A stretch of 63,292 nt of DNA, filler included. It is 4 parts of 4 records of this genome, joined end to end, with 100 filler letters (N's around TTAATTAATTAA, not from the genome) between each part and the next. Parts side by side here need not be neighbours in the genome. Positions count along the whole stretch, not along the records: positions 1 to 22,679 come from DRR378314_1242; 3 more parts are not named here. One strand, given 5' to 3'. The number at the start of each line of letters is the position of its first letter. Positions within the stretch are counted from its first letter, which is position 1. This document shows positions 1 through 9,937 of this stretch, piece after piece. The position numbers were made by a program, and so were the translations under genes. The notes beneath the pieces are model-generated. The model did no database searches. It was not told where the DNA came from and saw only the letters and a program-made list of their open reading frames with translations.

Positions 1-31
1 CGCTCAGGGACGCCCGCTCAGGGACGCCCGG

Positions 32-2062
32 TCACGGGAACGCCGGCGAGATAAGCGCGGGCGCGTTCGCGCCGGCCCTCACCTCCAACTGGAAACGGCC
101 CTCGTCGGCAACCGAGGGGTGATACCAGCGCACTTCGTAGAGGCCCTGTCCCTCGACGTCGTCGTCGATCAGCCGCAGGCGCATGTCGCCGCTTTCATCG
201 TCCACCAGCGTGCCCCGGTTGTCGCTGCGCAGAATCCGCAGCAGCGGTTGGTGCAGGCGCAGGTCTCCGGGCGGTTCGCCGACAAAACGCCAGGACCAGT
301 AGGGGCCGCTGTCCTCTTCGCCACGGTGGAAGGTGGCCGGCCGGCGCCAGCTCCGCGACCAGGTGCGGTCCGGGTCGCCGTCCGGCCAGTAGTGATGGCT
401 GAGCAGCTCGAAACGGCTTTCCCTGGGATAGTCGTCGACGCCACCGGTGCGCATCAGGTCCTCGCTCAGCCGCGCGCTTTGCGCGGCGAGAAAGTCCAGC
501 GTATGCGGGCCGTAAAGGGTGTGGCCGCCCTCGTAGTACTGGGCGCCGTACTCGGCCTCGCTCACCGCGTAGCCGAAAAAGCCGTTGGCCAGGCTGGAGA
601 TCTCCACACGCCAGTCGGTGCCGGCGGGCAGGGTGTCGAGGACCTCGCCGCGGATGCGGTTGCCGCTTTCCAGGGTGATCTCCCAGGGCAGGGGCACCAG
701 CACCAGATCGTTGACGCGCAGTACCTGAAGCAGGGCACGGTGCGGGAAGGTGTCCGCGGACATCAATAATTGCAGCTTGGACAGCGCCCACTGCTTTTCC
801 GCCTGGCAGCCGTCGGTGAAGACGGTGCGTGGCCAGCCCTCCTGAAGAAACGGCAGGTAGGAGATCGGGAACACTTCGTCGCCGTTGGCGGCGCCCATGG
901 TGGCGGCGCCCACCACCGCGCGCTGGCAGAGACCGTGGCGTTGTTCCTCGGGCAGCTCGAGCACGTCCATCAGGCGGCTGGCGGCGGCGGTGCGCAGGCG
1001 CGGTGCCAGATCGCCCTCCAGGCGTTCGAACAACGCGCCGGCCTGGTCGCCGAGCGCCTTGCCGATACGCCGGGCTTCCAGATCGCCGCGGTGATCCGGA
1101 TGCCAGGCCGGGTTGTTGTCGGCGTGGGTGGCCTGAAAGGCGCCATGCACGAACGGCCACGGCAGCTCGTCGCCGAAGCCGGCGCTCAGGCCTTGCCCCA
1201 GCCAGTGCCAGACATCCGCGTGATAGGGGCGCGTGAAGGCGGGGATGGCGGTGCCGTGGATGGAAAACAGGGTCAGGGCGCCGGCGGGGTAGAAGCGGCC
1301 GTCGTCGGCTTGCAGGTCGATGCGCAGCATGGTCATGCGCGGATTTACCGCGCGCAGGGCGTCGTCCTCGCCCATTTTTTCCGGATCCAGATTGTGATTA
1401 CGCGCCCATGCCTGTACCGAGCGGTTACGGGTCAGCCCCCAGACATCGCGCTGGCCGGTGGCGATCCGCGCCGGGCGGCGGTTGCGGTAGGCGCGGATCA
1501 CCGCCTCGCTGATGCGTTCGCTGAGAAAACCGAACAGCTCCGGGTCGAAACCGGCGCTGTTGGCGCCGAAGGTGTTGTAGAAATCGCTGCCCAGATATTG
1601 CCCGGGCCCCGAATGCGTGTGCGTGACCAGCAGGCTCAAGCCCCGCGCGGGCACGTCCGTGGCGGCGGCGATGCGCTCGGCCACGGCGTAATGCAGCGGC
1701 AGTGAGCCGGCGCCCAGATCAAGCTGCACCAGAGCCAGCGGCGTCTGCCCCGGGCCGTGCAGATAAAAGGCGCGTGCCTTGAGCCGGGTACGGAACCCGT
1801 CGGCGTTCTTCGCCCAGGCGGAATAGCCGAATTTGGGCAGGCCGATGGCGGGAGTGATGTCCACTTCGGCCACCCCGGCCAGGGGGCCGCCGTTCGCCGT
1901 CGGCGGCAGCGGTTCGGGAACCTGAAACGTCAGCGTCTCACGAGGATAGGTAAGAAAGGGCCAGGCGGTGTGCACAAGCACGGCGGCCAGCACCCCGAGC
2001 AACAGCAAAAGAATAAGCGCGAGCCGCCGGCGACCGGATCGCCGGGGTTTGGATAACTGCAT
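32..2062 (-). CDS. Neutral/alkaline non-lysosomal ceramidase family protein with N-terminal membrane anchor
   Basis: 676-aa ORF; THTHSGP metal motif, FSIHGT, ISSLANG.FGY and YEGGHTLYGP motifs typical of neutral ceramidases; GAGG RBS upstream. Confidence 0.8.
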   Translation of the reverse strand: MQLSKPRRSGRRRLALILLLLLGVLAAVLVHTAWPFLTYPRETLTFQVPEPLPPTANGGPLAGVAEVDITPAIGLPKFGYSAWAKNADGFRTRLKARAFYLHGPGQTPLALVQLDLGAGSLPLHYAVAERIAAATDVPARGLSLLVTHTHSGPGQYLGSDFYNTFGANSAGFDPELFGFLSERISEAVIRAYRNRRPARIATGQRDVWGLTRNRSVQAWARNHNLDPEKMGEDDALRAVNPRMTMLRIDLQADDGRFYPAGALTLFSIHGTAIPAFTRPYHADVWHWLGQGLSAGFGDELPWPFVHGAFQATHADNNPAWHPDHRGDLEARRIGKALGDQAGALFERLEGDLAPRLRTAAASRLMDVLELPEEQRHGLCQRAVVGAATMGAANGDEVFPISYLPFLQEGWPRTVFTDGCQAEKQWALSKLQLLMSADTFPHRALLQVLRVNDLVLVPLPWEITLESGNRIRGEVLDTLPAGTDWRVEISSLANGFFGYAVSEAEYGAQYYEGGHTLYGPHTLDFLAAQSARLSEDLMRTGGVDDYPRESRFELLSHHYWPDGDPDRTWSRSWRRPATFHRGEEDSGPYWSWRFVGEPPGDLRLHQPLLRILRSDNRGTLVDDESGDMRLRLIDDDVEGQGLYEVRWYHPSVADEGRFQLEVRAGANAPALISPAFP

Positions 2063-2311
2063 GTGAAGCCTCTTTTTTATTTTTGCACGAACGTACTTGT
2101 GGGGTGCATGTACGGCAAGCCTGATCGGGCCAAACCGGCGCCTGGATACATATCGGATACAAAATGATACGGCTTGTACAATTCGTGCAAAAGCATGGAT
2201 AAGTTCACAACACTATTCCAACCGGACGTCACCGGAATTCTGTTTTTTTTACCTCCCTGGGATATTCCAATGATTGCACTGTAATCCGTTGATACCCGAG
2301 GGGGGTAGAAC

Positions 2312-3403
2312 ATGAAAGCAACCGTGAGATTGTCGACTCTGGCGTTCGCCGCCGGGCTGGCTTTTCAGCCGGCCCTGGCGGAAGACCGTTATGAGGAGAC
2401 GCTGAACACTCGCCAGTACGTGGGTGGCTTCGCCTCCTACGTGGATGTGGATGAGGATCGGCAGTTCGACGACGAAGGTCTGGGCTACAGCGCCTTCTAC
2501 GGTCGTCAGTTGTCCGACCGCATCTGGTGGGAAACCGAAGGCGGCTTCTACAAAGTGGATCCGAACCAGGCCGACTTCCAGGATTTCTACCAGTATCACC
2601 TGACCACCGGTCTCGCCTATGCCTTTGGTGATCGTACCGGCTTCACGCCCTATGTGATCGCCGCCGTCGGCGCGATTGACCAGGAAGTGCTGCCTGACGA
2701 AGACCAGGACACCAACCTGACCGTCAACGCCGGCATCGGTGCGGTGACCGGGCCGATCTTCGACAACGGCCTGAAGTTGCGCGGCGACGCCCGTTATGTG
2801 TATGACGACTTCGACGGCTCCGGCCCGGCCCGTGGTGACGGTGCGTTCGGCGATGTTCGCCTGTCTCTCGGTGTGGAGATCCCGCTCGGCTACACCAAGG
2901 TAGTAACCAAAGAAAAAACGGTGATCAAAACCCGTGAAGTGGCGGCCAAGCCGCAGCCGGTGATGGACTCCGACGGTGACGGCGTTCCCGATAACCGTGA
3001 TCAGTGCCCGAACACGCTGGAAGGCGGGCGCGTGGATTCCAACGGCTGTCTGATCGTCAACCAGACCGTGACCCTGACCAACATCAACTTTGAGTTCGAC
3101 TCCGCCAAGCTGACCCGTTCTTCAGAGTCTTCCCTGGACCGCATCGCCGACTCGCTGAAATCGCAGACCGACTTCCGTGTGGAAGTAGCCGGTCATACCG
3201 ACAGCGTGGGCGCCGCGGAATACAACGAACAGCTTTCCCAGGAACGCGCCGAATCCGTTCGCCAGTACCTGCTTAACCGGGGTGTGGACCCGTCCCGTGT
3301 TACCGCCCGGGGCTATGGCGAGCTGAATCCGGTGGCCAGCAACGAAACCGAATCCGGCCGCGCGATGAACCGCCGCGTTGAATTCCGCGTTACCGAGAAA
3401 TGA
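2312..3403 (+). CDS. OmpA/OprF-family outer membrane protein (beta-barrel, TSP3-like linker, OmpA C-terminal domain)
   Basis: Signal peptide, [15 protein letters not shown] linker, [27 protein letters not shown] motifs. Confidence 0.92.
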   Translation: MKATVRLSTLAFAAGLAFQPALAEDRYEETLNTRQYVGGFASYVDVDEDRQFDDEGLGYSAFYGRQLSDRIWWETEGGFYKVDPNQADFQDFYQYHLTTGLAYAFGDRTGFTPYVIAAVGAIDQEVLPDEDQDTNLTVNAGIGAVTGPIFDNGLKLRGDARYVYDDFDGSGPARGDGAFGDVRLSLGVEIPLGYTKVVTKEKTVIKTREVAAKPQPVMDSDGDGVPDNRDQCPNTLEGGRVDSNGCLIVNQTVTLTNINFEFDSAKLTRSSESSLDRIADSLKSQTDFRVEVAGHTDSVGAAEYNEQLSQERAESVRQYLLNRGVDPSRVTARGYGELNPVASNETESGRAMNRRVEFRVTEK

Positions 3404-3414
3404 GGAATACGAAC

Positions 3415-4849
3415 ATGTTGCGAATCAAAAACCTATTAATGCTGGTCCTGCTCGCCGCTCTCGGCGTGGGGATCTACGGCTGCGAAGCCAACGACAGTGA
3501 TGACACCGTCATCACTACGCCCAACAACCCGAACCCGAACAATCCTGATGATCAGGACAATGACGGGATTCCGGATGACATGGACAACTGTCCGGCCTTC
3601 GCTAACAACGATCAGCGCGATCAGGACAACGACGGTATCGGCGACGCCTGCGACGACGATGTCGACGGTGATGGCGTGCCCAATGATCCGGACAACTGCC
3701 CCTGGGTGGCCAACCCGGATCAGACCGACACCGACATGGACGGTATCGGCGACGCCTGTGACGAAAACACCGACACCGATGGTGACGGCATCGACGACGG
3801 CGACGACAACTGCCCGCTGGTGGTGAACCACAGCCAGGCGGGATTCCGACATGGACGGCATCGGCGACGCCTGTGACGACGACCGCGACGGTGACGGCGT
3901 TCCCAACGACAACGACAACTGCCCGTTCGTGGCCAACAACGACCAGGTTGACACCGACATGGACGGCGTCGGCGACGCCTGTGAAGACGACACCGACGGT
4001 GACGGCGTGCTGGATCCGGACGACAACTGTGTGTTCGTGCCCAACCCGGGCCAGGAAGACCTGGACGGCGACAACGTGGGCGACGTCTGTGACGACGACG
4101 ACGATGGCGACGGCACCAACGACGGCAACGACGAGTGCCCGGTTCAGCCCGGCCCGCCGGAAAACGACGGCTGCCCGGTTGACGAAGACACCGACACCGA
4201 CGGCGACGGCGTACCCGACGACCTGGACAACTGCCCGAACACCGCCAACGCGGACCAGCTCGACAGCGACGGCGACGGCATCGGTGATGTGTGCGACGAC
4301 GACGGCTTCACCTGTAACGACACCAGCACCTATCAGCCGCTGACCACCCCGGACTATGAAGCCAGTGGCAACTCACTGGGCGTGTGCCTGGGCTGCGGCG
4401 TGAGCGAAGCGGACAGCCTGGTGGACGGCAACGACGCTTCCTTCGCAACCATTGAAGTGGGTGTGGCCGCGGTCTACGGCGGCGCTGAAATCCGTGCCAC
4501 CGCGGTGGACGCGGCCAACGACTTCGCCGACATCAACCGCATCGGCATGGTGATCTCCGATCCGGCCTCCGCGCTGCTCAACCTGAGCCTGCTCGGCGAC
4601 TTCCTGACCCTGCGTTTCTACAACGACGGCGAGGAAGTGGACAGCGCCACCGTGGGCGGCGGTCTGCTCGGTCTGGAACTGCTGGGCCTGAGCCTGGACA
4701 GTGACGAGCGCTTCCTGTCCGCCGAGGTGGATACCAACGAGCTGACCTTCGACGAAGTCCAGCTGGACTACGCCGGCCTGCTCAACGCCAACGCCTCTCT
4801 GCGCGTGCATCGCGTCTGCGCCGGCAACGATCCGGAGGACGCACCCTGA
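3415..4849 (+). pseudogene. Thrombospondin type-3 repeat lipoprotein split by a +1 frameshift near 3840-3842 (real or assembly error)
   Basis: GAGGA RBS, lipobox IYGC, many DxDxDGxxDxCD/DNCP repeats running across ORFs 3400-3876 and 3851-4849; removing one G from CAG GCG G GAT TCC GAC ATG restores one continuous frame. Confidence 0.75.
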
Positions 4850-4875
4850 GTCTCCTTTGATATCAGGCATATCCT

Positions 4876-4904
4876 GGGGGCGCATTCGCGCCCCCTTTTT
4901 TTTT
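4876..4904 (+). terminator. Rho-independent terminator
   Basis: GGGGGCGC-ATTC-GCGCCCCC followed by T9. Confidence 0.85.
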
Positions 4905-5008
4905 GCCCGGCACCCGGCCGGCGTTTTCCTCCGTTCGCCTTCACGTGATTCCGTTCGCAGTCTGTCAGCCTTTTGGGTTAGATTGGGGACGCTGGAGGGA
5001 ACGAATCT

Positions 5009-7102
5009 ATGACATCCATTTTTCGCTGGCCGCGTCACGCGCAGTGGTTGTTAGTGCTTCTGACACTGGTTTTTTTGCTCGGCGGCTGTGATTCCGGGGG
5101 CGCGAATTACACCGAAACCGGGGACCTGGAATCGCTGCGCGAACGCGGCCAACTGCGTTTGCTGGCGCCGCGCTTCGATGAAGAGCAGGCGCTGGTCCGC
5201 GAGGGCGTACCGCTGCAGGAATTCCGCGAACAGGCGGAAATTCTGGCGCAATCCCTGGGGCTGACGCCGCGCTGGGTGTACGCGGACAGCACCGATAACC
5301 TCGATGACATGCTCAACGAGGGCCTCGCCGATCTGATCGTCACCAATTACACGGTCACCGAATCCCGCCAGGAGAAAGTGGATTTCTGTACCCCGGTGGC
5401 GGTGATACGGGAGTATCTGGTGCTGCCCAAGGACCGCCAGGGCGACAGCGTTGAGGATCTGGGCGAAGTGCGTATCGCCGCGCCCGAAGGCACTGCCTAT
5501 CAGGAGACCGCCGAAGCGCTGGCGGAACGCCACGACACCGTCAGCGTTGAAGCCGTGGAGGCCGGGCTCTCCGATGTGGAGCTGCTGGAGGGCGTCGCCT
5601 CCGGTCTGTATCAGGCGGCGATCGTCGACAGCAACGCTCTGGACGGCCTACTGCGTACCTTCGATCAGGTGCGCAAGGGGCCGGTGGTCAACCCGCGCCG
5701 GCGTATCGCCTGGGCGGTGCGCAGCGACAATCCGGAGCTGCGCGCGGCGGTCAATGAATTTCTGGTCAGCCACCGCGTGCGCACCTCGGTGCGCAGTGAA
5801 GAGCGCCGCGATTGGGCGGCGATCAACAAGGACGGCGTGTTGCGGGTGATCACCTCCAACAATCCGGCCAGCTATTTCCTGTGGCGCGGCGAACTGATGG
5901 GCTTCGACTACGATCTGATCCGCCACTTCGCCCGGCAGCATGACCTGCGCGTGCGCATGGTGGTGCGCGACAGCGCCTCGCAAATGTTCGACGCCTTGCA
6001 GACCGGTGCCGGCGATGTGATCGCCGGGGCCATGACCATTACCGAGCGGCGTAAAGCCGAGGGCTGGCGCTTTTCCAACCGCTACCTGGAGGTGCACGAG
6101 CAGATTATCGGCGACGCCGATGACGAGCCGTTCGAATCGGTCCAGGAACTGGCCGGGCGCACCGTGGTGGTGGCACCGGACAGCGCCTTCATGGACACCC
6201 TGGAAGAACTGCGCGAGCAGGGCATCGACGTGCGCATCGAGCCCCGTGAAGGGGCCACCACGGAGATGCTGATACAGGACGTGGTGGACGGCGCGATCGA
6301 TCTCACCGTGGCGGACAGCCACGTGGCCGCCCTGGAAAGCACCTACCGGGAAGACCTGCGCCCCCTCTGGACCCTGGAGGGCAGCCGCGACATCGCCTGG
6401 GTGCTGCGCGATGATCAGGACCAGTTGGTTGAGAAACTCAACGCCTACATCAACCGCAATTACCGGGGCCTGTTCTACAACGTCACCTTCAACCGCTACT
6501 TCAAGGAATCGAAAACCATCCGTATCCATGAGGAATACCGGGTGGAAGCGGGCAAGGAAATTTCACCCTACGACGACCTGGCCAAGGAATACGCGTTGAA
6601 GTACGGGTTTGACTGGCGCTTGCTGGTGTCGCAGATGTACCAGGAGAGCAAGTTCAATCCGGACGCGGTGTCGTTCGCCGGGGCCCAGGGCCTGATGCAG
6701 GTGATGCCGCGCACCGCCCGCCAGTTCGGCTTCGACAACCCCCACGATCCGGAGCAAGGCGTGGCCGCCGGCTCGGCCTATCTGGAATGGCTCGAAGAGC
6801 GTTTCCCGCAGCGCCTGGGCATGGCGCAGAAAATCTATTTCGGCCTGGCGGCCTACAACGCCGGCCACGGCCATGTGGAAGACGCCCGCCGGCTGGCCCA
6901 GCGGCTGGGCAAGAACCCGGATCTCTGGTTCGGGCACGTGGAAGAGGCCATGCTGCTGCTGTCACAGCCCCGTTACGCCCGCCAGGCGCGTTTCGGTTAT
7001 GTCCGTGGCAGCGAGCCGGTGAAATACGTGCGTGAGATCCGCAACCGCTATCTGGGCTATGTGCAGTTCACCGAAGAGAACAACATTTCCGCCGAGCCGT
7101 GA
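5009..7102 (+). CDS. mltF: MltF-like membrane-bound lytic transglycosylase with two substrate-binding domains
   Basis: Lipobox LGGC, two tandem SBP_bac_3-like units, SLT motifs QESKFNP, GAQGLMQ, AAYNAG. Confidence 0.8.
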   Translation: MTSIFRWPRHAQWLLVLLTLVFLLGGCDSGGANYTETGDLESLRERGQLRLLAPRFDEEQALVREGVPLQEFREQAEILAQSLGLTPRWVYADSTDNLDDMLNEGLADLIVTNYTVTESRQEKVDFCTPVAVIREYLVLPKDRQGDSVEDLGEVRIAAPEGTAYQETAEALAERHDTVSVEAVEAGLSDVELLEGVASGLYQAAIVDSNALDGLLRTFDQVRKGPVVNPRRRIAWAVRSDNPELRAAVNEFLVSHRVRTSVRSEERRDWAAINKDGVLRVITSNNPASYFLWRGELMGFDYDLIRHFARQHDLRVRMVVRDSASQMFDALQTGAGDVIAGAMTITERRKAEGWRFSNRYLEVHEQIIGDADDEPFESVQELAGRTVVVAPDSAFMDTLEELREQGIDVRIEPREGATTEMLIQDVVDGAIDLTVADSHVAALESTYREDLRPLWTLEGSRDIAWVLRDDQDQLVEKLNAYINRNYRGLFYNVTFNRYFKESKTIRIHEEYRVEAGKEISPYDDLAKEYALKYGFDWRLLVSQMYQESKFNPDAVSFAGAQGLMQVMPRTARQFGFDNPHDPEQGVAAGSAYLEWLEERFPQRLGMAQKIYFGLAAYNAGHGHVEDARRLAQRLGKNPDLWFGHVEEAMLLLSQPRYARQARFGYVRGSEPVKYVREIRNRYLGYVQFTEENNISAEP

Positions 7103-7113
7103 GGCGCCGCCGG

Positions 7114-8028
7114 TCAGATCCGGCGGTTGAGCCACTCCAGCAACGTTTGGCGCACTTCCGGGGCGCAGAAATCATTGAGAATCTCGTGGCGGCCGCGCGG
7201 GCAGTCCATGCGTTCCAGGGGTAGCCGCCGGCGGCTCAGCACCTGTTGCAGCCGGTCCATGCCTTTGCCGCCACCGCTCATTGGGTCCTGGCGGCCGCCC
7301 AGCAGCAGAATCGGCAGCCGCGCGGGCAGGCGGCTCAGGCCCTTGGAGGACTGCACGTCGGCCAGGGCCGAGAGCAGCGCCAGCCAGGTGGCGGTGGTGC
7401 ATTGAAAGCCGCATTTGGGGTCGTCGATGTAGGCCTTCACCTGGGCCGGATCCGCGCTGAGCCAGTCGAAATCGGTGCGCGCGTCGGGCACGCTGCGTGC
7501 CCAGGCTTCAAAGGTGAGCTTGTGCACCAGCGCGCTGTGCCCGCGGGCGCCGTGCCGCCGCCGCTGCCATTTCAGCACCGAGGCCATCAGCCGGTAATAC
7601 AGCGGCGGGTGGTAGTCGCTGCCGCACAGCACCAGGCCGTCCAGCTTGTCGCCGTGGGCCTGGGCGCCGGCCAGCGCCAGGAACGAGCCCATGCTGTGGC
7701 CGCCCAGCACCAGGGCGCCAGGCTCCCGTTCGCGAAGGTGGTCGATAACCCGGCCCAGATCGTCCATCACCCGCCGCCAGCCGTCCTGGTCGGCAAAGTG
7801 GCCCGGCGGGTCGGCGGCGTCCATGCTGGCGCCGTGGCCGCGATGGTCGGGGCAGTAAAGGTTCCAGCCGTGTTCGGCCAGGGTTTCCCCCAGGGCCTGG
7901 TAGCGGGCCCCGTGTTCGGCCATGCCGTGCAGCCAGATCACCGACCCCACCGGGTCGGAGGCGCGCCATTCATGAACGGCGATGGTGTGGCCGTCCGCCG
8001 CGCCGATAACAAAAGATTCCGAAGTCAT
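7114..8028 (-). CDS. Alpha/beta hydrolase (lysophospholipase/monoglyceride lipase-like)
   Basis: HGMAEH, DHRGHG, GHSMGS nucleophile elbow, RHEILN; likely start MTSESF at 8028. Confidence 0.85.
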   Translation of the reverse strand: MTSESFVIGAADGHTIAVHEWRASDPVGSVIWLHGMAEHGARYQALGETLAEHGWNLYCPDHRGHGASMDAADPPGHFADQDGWRRVMDDLGRVIDHLREREPGALVLGGHSMGSFLALAGAQAHGDKLDGLVLCGSDYHPPLYYRLMASVLKWQRRRHGARGHSALVHKLTFEAWARSVPDARTDFDWLSADPAQVKAYIDDPKCGFQCTTATWLALLSALADVQSSKGLSRLPARLPILLLGGRQDPMSGGGKGMDRLQQVLSRRRLPLERMDCPRGRHEILNDFCAPEVRQTLLEWLNRRI

Positions 8029-8134
8029 TAATGCGGTCCCCTGAAACAGGCCATGAACATGCGTCATGCATGTGCGAGCGTCAAGATCGGCGTGTATCAT
8101 CATTAGCCGCGTATTCAGGCCCAAAGGAGAGCGT

Positions 8135-9937
8135 GTGATTCATTATCAGGTCCGTCCGTTGCGCCCGCAGGCGCATCTGTTCCAGGTCACTCTCACCATC
8201 GACCGGCCGACACCGGAAGGGCAGGGGCTGACCCTGCCCGCCTGGATCCCCGGCAGCTACATGATCCGTGACTTCGCCCGCCATATCGTGTCGCTGGAAG
8301 CGTCGGCGGCCGGCGCTCCCGTGGACGTGGCCAAGCTGGACAAGCAGACCTGGCAGCTGGCGCCGGCCAGCGGGCCGGTCACGGTGTGCTATCAGGTGTA
8401 CGCCTGGGACCTGTCGGTGCGCGGCGCCCACCTGGACACCACCCACGGCTATTTCAACGGAAGCTGCCTGTTTCTCGCCGCCATGGGGTTCGAGGACCAG
8501 CCCTGCGAGGTGGACATCGAAGCCCCGGACGGCGCCGCCTACGCCACCTGGAAACTGGCCACCGGGCTCGACCGGGTCAGCGGCCCGGAGCTGGGTTTCG
8601 GCCGTTTCCGCGCCGACAATTACGACGCCCTGATCGATCATCCGGTGGAGATGGGCCATTTCGACCATGCCCGCTTCGAAGCCTGCGGCGTGCCCCACGA
8701 CGTGGTGCTCAGCGGCCGCCACCGGGCCGACATGGCGCGGCTGTGCCGCGACCTGAAGCCGATCTGCGAGCACCACATCAAGCTGTTCGGCGAGCCGGCG
8801 CCGATGGATCGCTATCTGTTTATGACCCTGGTCACCGACGGCTACGGCGGGCTGGAGCACCGCAACTCCACCAGCCTGATGAGCCCGCGCACCGACCTGC
8901 CGCTGCTCACCGACGGCGCCGACCAGGTGCGCGACGGCTACCGCAGCTACCTCGGGTTGTGCAGCCACGAGTACTTCCACACCTGGAACGTGAAGCGCAT
9001 CAAACCGGAGGCGTTCACGCCCTTCGACCTGAGCCGGGAAGTGCACACCGAACTGCTGTGGGCCTTCGAGGGCATCACCAGCTACTACGACGATCTGTCC
9101 CTGGCGCGCACCGGGCTGATTACACCGGAAAGCTATCTGGAACTGCTCGGCCAGACCTTGACCCGGGTCTACCGGGGCCGGGGCCGTTTCAAGCAGACCG
9201 TCACCGAGTCCAGCTTCGACGCCTGGACGCGCTTCTATAAGCAGGATGAAAACGCCCCCAACGCCATCGTCAGCTATTACGCCAAGGGTTCCCTGGTGGC
9301 GCTGGCGTTGGATCTCACCCTGCGTGAACGGACCAACGACGCGCGCAGCCTGGACGACCTGATGCGGCTGCTGTGGCAGCGCCACGGGCAGACCGGCGTC
9401 GGCGTGCCGGAGCAGGGCGTGCAGGCCCTGGCCGAGGAGGTCGCCGGCGGCGACCTCAGCGACTTCTTCAACCAGGCGCTCTACCGTACCGAGGACCTGC
9501 CGCTGGAGGCGCTGCTCGCCGAACGCGGCGTCACGGTGAACTGGCGCCCGGCGGACGGCCACAGCGACAACGGCGGCAAGCCCGGCAAAAGCCGGCCGCC
9601 GGTGCATCTGGGCGCGCGCTTCGCCTCGGACCCCCAGGGCGCTCGCCTGCAGGTGGCCTACGAGCAGGGTGCCGCCATGGAGGCCGGGCTCGCCGCCGGC
9701 GACGTGGTGGTGGCGGTGGACGGCCTGAAAGCCAGCGCCGGCAATCTGGACACGCTGCTGGCCGGCTACCAGGAGGGCGAGCGTGTCGACGTGCACGCCT
9801 TCCGCCGCGACGAGCTGATGCGGTTCACCGTGACGCTGGCGGCCTCGGAAGCGGACACCGCCTATCTGACCCTGGCCGGGGACGGCTTGAGCGCCAAAGG
9901 CCGGGCCTGGTTGTTGGGTACCGAAAGCAAGGTATGA
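8135..9937 (+). CDS. M61 family glycyl aminopeptidase with C-terminal PDZ domain
   Basis: LPAWIPGSY, GGLEH, HEYFH.WN, EG.TSYY motifs; AGGAG RBS then GTG at 8135. Confidence 0.88.
   Translation: MIHYQVRPLRPQAHLFQVTLTIDRPTPEGQGLTLPAWIPGSYMIRDFARHIVSLEASAAGAPVDVAKLDKQTWQLAPASGPVTVCYQVYAWDLSVRGAHLDTTHGYFNGSCLFLAAMGFEDQPCEVDIEAPDGAAYATWKLATGLDRVSGPELGFGRFRADNYDALIDHPVEMGHFDHARFEACGVPHDVVLSGRHRADMARLCRDLKPICEHHIKLFGEPAPMDRYLFMTLVTDGYGGLEHRNSTSLMSPRTDLPLLTDGADQVRDGYRSYLGLCSHEYFHTWNVKRIKPEAFTPFDLSREVHTELLWAFEGITSYYDDLSLARTGLITPESYLELLGQTLTRVYRGRGRFKQTVTESSFDAWTRFYKQDENAPNAIVSYYAKGSLVALALDLTLRERTNDARSLDDLMRLLWQRHGQTGVGVPEQGVQALAEEVAGGDLSDFFNQALYRTEDLPLEALLAERGVTVNWRPADGHSDNGGKPGKSRPPVHLGARFASDPQGARLQVAYEQGAAMEAGLAAGDVVVAVDGLKASAGNLDTLLAGYQEGERVDVHAFRRDELMRFTVTLAASEADTAYLTLAGDGLSAKGRAWLLGTESKV

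Noticed and set aside
1-30. 14-bp tandem repeat CGCTCAGGGACGCC x2
   Set aside because: Truncated at the window edge with two copies; cannot be interpreted
3540-4300. Dense DNA repeats resembling an array
   Set aside because: Coding TSP3 repeats, not CRISPR; no fixed repeat-spacer structure or cas genes anywhere in the window
9373-9933. Apparent N-terminal extension of HrpA (1476-aa ORF)
   Set aside because: An out-of-frame overlap with the M61 gene in GC-rich DNA; the real start is ATG 9934
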